From positions 2,656,001-2,720,000 of the forward strand of contig CBDFKD010000002.1 of assembly GCA_965248695.1 (NCBI GenBank): DNA of 64,000 nucleotides, in the 5' to 3' direction. Within the stretch, counting starts at the first letter, position 1, and every line of letters starts with the position of its first letter. This DNA comes from Acidobacteriota bacterium. Its GTDB lineage: Bacteria; Acidobacteriota; UBA890; WLXD01. This document shows positions 59,543 through 64,000 of this stretch, piece by piece. Under the pieces are notes generated by a model, which ran no database searches, was not told where the DNA came from, and was given only the letters and a program-made list of their open reading frames with translations. Position numbers and translations under genes: made by a program.

Positions 59543-60691
59543 GTGCTAGGGAAGAAGCCGTATCGTGCGAGCAACAAGACCTGCGCAGTACTCTGCATCG
59601 TGGCTAGTGCCACCGCGACTGCACAACAGCGCGTTCAATTTGAAAGCTATAGTGATGCCATCCGCATCGAGGTGTGGGCAACGGATTCCAGTGGTCGGCA
59701 CGTTAACGGGTTAACCGCAGAAGATCTCATACTCCGAATTGATGACAAAGAATGGCCGATTCTCGATCTGCAGCCGGTAAGGCGCGCTCATCAAGGTGGA
59801 GCGAGCGGAACCGAGATCGCCAAACCTGTGTCATCAGCGCAAGCGGAAACCACGGTAGGTGGCGCACAATACCTGATCTTGCTGGACTTCGTGACAAGAG
59901 GCATGAACATCCTAGAGGCAAGTCGCGCCGTTCATGCCGCGCGCTCATTCATAGGGCAGCTTGCCCCACAGGACCGGGCCAGTATAATCTTGTTCTCGCC
60001 AGGCACCGGATTCGATGTCCTCATAGATTTTACTCGTGATCATCCGCGTCTATTAGCCGCGCTCGACCGACTTGATCAGACTGAGTTCGGTATCCGGTAC
60101 CACAAGCAGTCGCGGGGCGGCATGCTCTTCTCTCTTCTGCGACTAGCGCCCATTATCGGGACGCAGCACAGGCGAACGGATGTCTTGTTCTTCACTCTCG
60201 GCGACCCAGACAATATATTGACCCAGCCCCTATATGCGGAGATGCTAGGTACCCTCGCTGCCAGCCTCAGAAAAGCGGGCGTGGTGGTACATGCTCTTAA
60301 CCCGGCGGCGCTTCCAGCCGCCGATGCCATCGGGCCGTCGCGCCCGAGGCCAACCGATAGCGGTGCCCGATCGCGTCCGCAACGCGATAGTCGCCGCGAC
60401 CATGACCTGAACAGGATGATGGCGACGATGGCACCCCGATTCGATTCTGCGCTTGCGAACCGTGGGCCTGCCCGGCGCATAGCAGACTTGACGGGAGGCC
60501 TAGCTGCCTTCTATCACCATACGTTTCCAGACGCTATGACGGCATTGGTGTCTAGCGCGAACAGCGCATACGAACTGGTCTTTACCGCTCCGCCAGAAAA
60601 GCGCGGCTCAATCGATATACATGTAGACGTACGTGAGCGTGGAAGAAAAGCTATTTGCTGGCCCTGCCAGGTAGAAATCGTGGCGAAATAG
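59543..60691 (+). CDS. Acidobacterial VWA-domain protein, start abuts the IS256 end
   Basis: Signal-like segment, VWATDSSGRHVNGLTAEDL, YLILLDF, DFTRDH, IADLTGG, YELVF; visibly more AT-rich than flanks. Confidence 0.75.
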   Translation: MLGKKPYRASNKTCAVLCIVASATATAQQRVQFESYSDAIRIEVWATDSSGRHVNGLTAEDLILRIDDKEWPILDLQPVRRAHQGGASGTEIAKPVSSAQAETTVGGAQYLILLDFVTRGMNILEASRAVHAARSFIGQLAPQDRASIILFSPGTGFDVLIDFTRDHPRLLAALDRLDQTEFGIRYHKQSRGGMLFSLLRLAPIIGTQHRRTDVLFFTLGDPDNILTQPLYAEMLGTLAASLRKAGVVVHALNPAALPAADAIGPSRPRPTDSGARSRPQRDSRRDHDLNRMMATMAPRFDSALANRGPARRIADLTGGLAAFYHHTFPDAMTALVSSANSAYELVFTAPPEKRGSIDIHVDVRERGRKAICWPCQVEIVAK

Positions 60692-60698
60692 AGGACAG

Positions 60699-61788
60699 TG
60701 ACCTGCCCCAAGTGTTGAGGCCACTTCGTAACTCATAGAATCGGTGCTGACAAGAGCCTGTTGGAGCCGGCGGAGCGGAGCGCAGCCGGCTGCAACAACG
60801 TCGCTTCAGGTGCGGGCGGTCGATAACCCAGCGAGCTATGTGGCCGCACCTGGTTGTATTCGCGTCGCCAGGCTCGCACCAAGCTCTGCGCCTCCTTGAG
60901 CGTGTAGAAGATCTCCCCGTTTAGCAGCTCGTCGCGTAGCTTGCCGTTGAAGCTCTCCACGTAGCCGTTCTCCCATGGCGAACCGGGCTCGATGAACAGC
61001 GTCCCCACGCCGATCCGCTCGAGCCACTCACGCACTGCCCGAGAAGTGAACTCCGGTCCGTTGTCGGAGCGGATGTGATCCGGAACTCCACGGTTCACGA
61101 ACAGCTCAGCGAGTCGCTCCAACACATCCTCGGAGTTGAGTCTGCGCGCCACATCGATGGCCAAGCACTCCCTGGTGTATTCATCCACGATCGTCAGCAG
61201 ACGAAGCGCTCGCCCGTCGTGAGTTCGTTCGTGCACGAAGTCGTAGGCCCAGACGTGATCTTTCCTTTCCGGCCTCAGTCGCACGCACGATCCATCGTTG
61301 AGCCACAAGCGTCGGCGCTTGGGCTGCTTTCTCGGTACCTTCAGCCTCTCACGACGCCATAACCGCTCGATCCTCTTGTGATTCACTCGCCACCCTTCCC
61401 GCACCATCAGAGCCGTGATCCGCCGGTATCCGTAGCGCCCGTACTGCATCGCCAACTGGGTCATCCGCTCCACCAGCGCCGTCTCCTGTTGCGGCACCTT
61501 GGCTCGATACTGCTGCGTCGAGCGCACCTGGCCCAGCACTCTGCAGGCTCGCCTCTCAGACACACCCAGCGATTGCTGCGCCTTCTGCACCGCCCGACGT
61601 CGACGTGTCGGGCTCAGAAGTTTCCCGACGACACCTCTTTGAGGATGGCGTTGTCGAGCATCGTCTCCGCCAGCAGCTTCTTGAGCCGGCCGTTCTCGCG
61701 CTCCAGCTCCTTGAGTCGCCTCGCCTGATCCACCCTCAGGCCGCCGTACTCCTTACGCCACCGGTAGTACGTGTTCTCGCTGATGCCC
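60699..61788 (-). mobile_element. IS3-family element, copy 2, 5'-truncated, orfB intact
   Basis: Right end TGACCTGCCCCAAG at 60699; orfB with [33 protein letters not shown]; GGGAAAC slippery site; orfA cut at 61788. Similar but not identical to copy 1 and inverted. Confidence 0.93.
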
Positions 61789-61871
61789 TGACCTGCCCCC
61801 CAATAATCGGGCCAGTCTGAGAGTTAGGATTTGAGGCTCTCAGGATGGCCCGATTATTGGGGGGCAGGTCA
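61789..61871. mobile_element. 83-bp palindromic mini-IS made from the IS3 left end
   Basis: First 61 bp identical to 57287-57347; ends in a perfect inverted copy of the terminal 26 bp. Confidence 0.8.
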
Positions 61872-62081
61872 CTGGTCGATGTAAGGGAGGAGTTACCGGA
61901 GGAGATCGAATCGAGAGACCTCCTGCAGCGGGGATGGGAGTGGCTGGACGGGAACGAGGACAATCCTGAGTGGAATTACGGTTGGCAGAAGCTGGTCGAT
62001 GTAAGGAAGGAGTTACCGGGGGAGATCGAGTCGAGAGACCTCCTGCAGCGGGGATGGGAGTGGCTGGACGGGAACGAGGAC
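61872..62081 (+). repeat. Gene fragment with a 120-bp (40-aa) Trp-rich tandem repeat, about 1.75 copies
   Basis: LVDVREELPEEIESRDLLQRGWEWLDGNEDNPEWNYGWQK repeated starting at 61872 and 61992. Confidence 0.8.
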
Positions 62082-62200
62082 CGAGGTGGAAACTGCCGCC
62101 ACCTCTCTACTGCTACGAGCACCCAAACTCCAAGCGTTCAGGTGTCCGCGAAAGTGAGGTAACTCCACAGGGGGTTCACCCACTGCTCGGGGTCAGCTCC

Positions 62201-64000
62201 TCAGAAGGGAATCGACATTCGCACCAGCACCGCTAGATCAGCCGGACCCGTTCTGTTCTCCCGCCTCATGGCTTCCATTTCCAACATCAATGGCAGCGCT
62301 AGCTGCGAGCGTGGAGGCAGGCCCCACTGGGCGCCGATGGCTAGCTCCCGTCCATATCCCGTCCACCTTAACCGGCTGTAGGGCGTCAGTGGACTCCGTA
62401 GGCCCAGCACCCTCAGGCCGCCGTAGGCCACCTCGCTTTCCATCCGGCTCTGGGAACCCATTCCCATGGCATCCATTCCCACCGGACGCGTGACCATATC
62501 AGCGTTGTTCCATAGCGTCGTTCGGCCGCCTCCATCCTGGCCTCGCGCGGAGGTCACCGACACCCGGAACCCGCGCTGCTTCTCGCCCGGATCCCAGCTC
62601 GCCTGTACCCCCAATCCCCAGTCCCGGTAGTCGCTTGCGTGCACCACCAGCACCCGGCCGTGCATGGCCACGTCCAGTCCACTGTTCGCATCCAGGTACC
62701 CGAGAAGGAAACCCGTTTCCACGCCGCTGCCCCGTTCTGCATCGCCCCCGTCGAAACGCCCGCCGGCCTCCGCCTTCAGGCTCAGGGATCGCCCTACTGA
62801 CAGCTGCTTGGTGTGCACCCACTCCAGCATCAACCGCGCCCGGTGGGCCTCGCCTCGCACCTTCGCAATGTCTTCGGAGGCTTCAGTCCCCAGTTGCGCC
62901 CAGAAGGCGTCCGCCCGCAGTCCCAACTCATTGCTGTCTCGCCTCGATAACACCGACCTCAATCCCCCGGCGAACATCCGAAAGTCGGCCTCGAAGTCGT
63001 GGCTCCTCCCCGGCTCGTTGACGTCCATTTGACCCTGTCCCAAGCCGCCAATGCCCCACACGCTCACCCGTTCCGTCGGCTGCCAGTACAGATAGGGATG
63101 AAAGGTATTCATGCGACTCCCTAACACCCCATCGATCCCATCGTCGCTGTAATCCATATTCCCCCAGCTGCGCATGAACGACAGCCCGGCCAGCACCTTG
63201 TCGTTGGCATAGAGGTCCAGACCGACATGGGCAGCCTCGAGACCTCCTCGATAGCTCATCCCGAGCCGCGTCAGGTTCCCGTTGAAGTGCTGCAGGTCCC
63301 CCTGCCCCCACAACGCCGGTACCCAGCTCCTGCTCGTCCCCTTCTGCTGTCCTGCCAAGGGCATCTCGAAGGACACTCCCGCAAGGTTGAGCTCTCGATT
63401 GCTCCTCCCCGAGTACTCGCCCGATCCCGATCTCAGCGACGAGTCCCTGGTCCCCGTTCCCTGGCGTCGATTCTGACCGTAACCTGGCTGCCCTCCCAAC
63501 CCGACCGTCGGGCCGGTCACACTCGGCCCCATGCCGGAGCCGGTCGAGACGCCCGCATCGCCCTGGCCGTAGCCGAACAGGCCCGCCAATCTACCCAGCA
63601 AGACGTTCTGCAGCCACGCTCCCTGCACGCCACTTTCCCGATCTCCCGACTCCCCACTCGATCCCATCGCTGCCGGGGCCCCGGCCGCGCCCCCAGCGCT
63701 CGGCACCACCGGGCCTTCGGCTCTTCTCCTGCCGGCGCCCTCGAGGCTCTCGTTGCCTATCTGTTGCGATTCTCCCTGACCCAGACCCGTGACGCTATGG
63801 TCGCTTCCCGGCTGCACTGTCGGCACCGGTCCTCCGGCTGCCCCCAACCGACTCCACTGCCGATGCCGCTCAAATCGACCCTCAATGGCCGTCTGCACAC
63901 TCTCCCCCATCGACCGTGCCATCACCGCCACCGCCACCTCCAGCGTTTGCGAGAACTGCTCCGCCGTCCGCTGCTGCCTGAAGTTCACTGTTGTCTGCGA
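62201..64000 (-). CDS. C-terminal autotransporter-like beta-barrel of a large surface protein, 5' end outside window
   Basis: Frame open to the window edge; LWGQGD, GLDL, FHPYLYW, WGIGGLGQG, RFDGGDAERGSGVE, amphipathic strands, terminal Phe. Confidence 0.78.
   Translation of the reverse strand, partial: SQTTVNFRQQRTAEQFSQTLEVAVAVMARSMGESVQTAIEGRFERHRQWSRLGAAGGPVPTVQPGSDHSVTGLGQGESQQIGNESLEGAGRRRAEGPVVPSAGGAAGAPAAMGSSGESGDRESGVQGAWLQNVLLGRLAGLFGYGQGDAGVSTGSGMGPSVTGPTVGLGGQPGYGQNRRQGTGTRDSSLRSGSGEYSGRSNRELNLAGVSFEMPLAGQQKGTSRSWVPALWGQGDLQHFNGNLTRLGMSYRGGLEAAHVGLDLYANDKVLAGLSFMRSWGNMDYSDDGIDGVLGSRMNTFHPYLYWQPTERVSVWGIGGLGQGQMDVNEPGRSHDFEADFRMFAGGLRSVLSRRDSNELGLRADAFWAQLGTEASEDIAKVRGEAHRARLMLEWVHTKQLSVGRSLSLKAEAGGRFDGGDAERGSGVETGFLLGYLDANSGLDVAMHGRVLVVHASDYRDWGLGVQASWDPGEKQRGFRVSVTSARGQDGGGRTTLWNNADMVTRPVGMDAMGMGSQSRMESEVAYGGLRVLGLRSPLTPYSRLRWTGYGRELAIGAQWGLPPRSQLALPLMLEMEAMRRENRTGPADLAVLVRMSIPF

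Overview
GC-rich bacterial DNA, most likely Acidobacteriota (two Acidobacterial-type VWA proteins, a PadR plus duplicated ABC permease pair, a kinase with PD40 repeats); the lineage is inferred. The first 54 kb holds hydrolases, transporters, mutY and two tRNAs (Gln-CTG, Glu-CTC). After tRNA-Glu lies a scrambled region with two partial IS3 copies, an IS256, an 83-bp palindromic mini-IS and truncated surface-protein genes. Main observations: (1) a ~2,860-aa gene (40133-48750) that fuses an ETF:quinone oxidoreductase/FixC-like flavoprotein, a 4Fe-4S domain, one degenerate and one intact acyl-CoA dehydrogenase, ETF-beta and ETF-alpha, and is frameshifted by a 23-bp tandem duplication; (2) a putative sphingolipid/ceramide operon (spt, GNAT ceramide synthase, reductase) linked to TolC, MlaC-like and MMPL genes; (3) two probable selenoproteins missed or split by the ORF track: a UxxC glutaredoxin with a clear SECIS-like hairpin and an OsmC-family protein. 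Several small frameshifts may be sequencing errors or gene decay. No CRISPR array or rRNA was seen. All calls come from reading motifs by eye; no database search was run.
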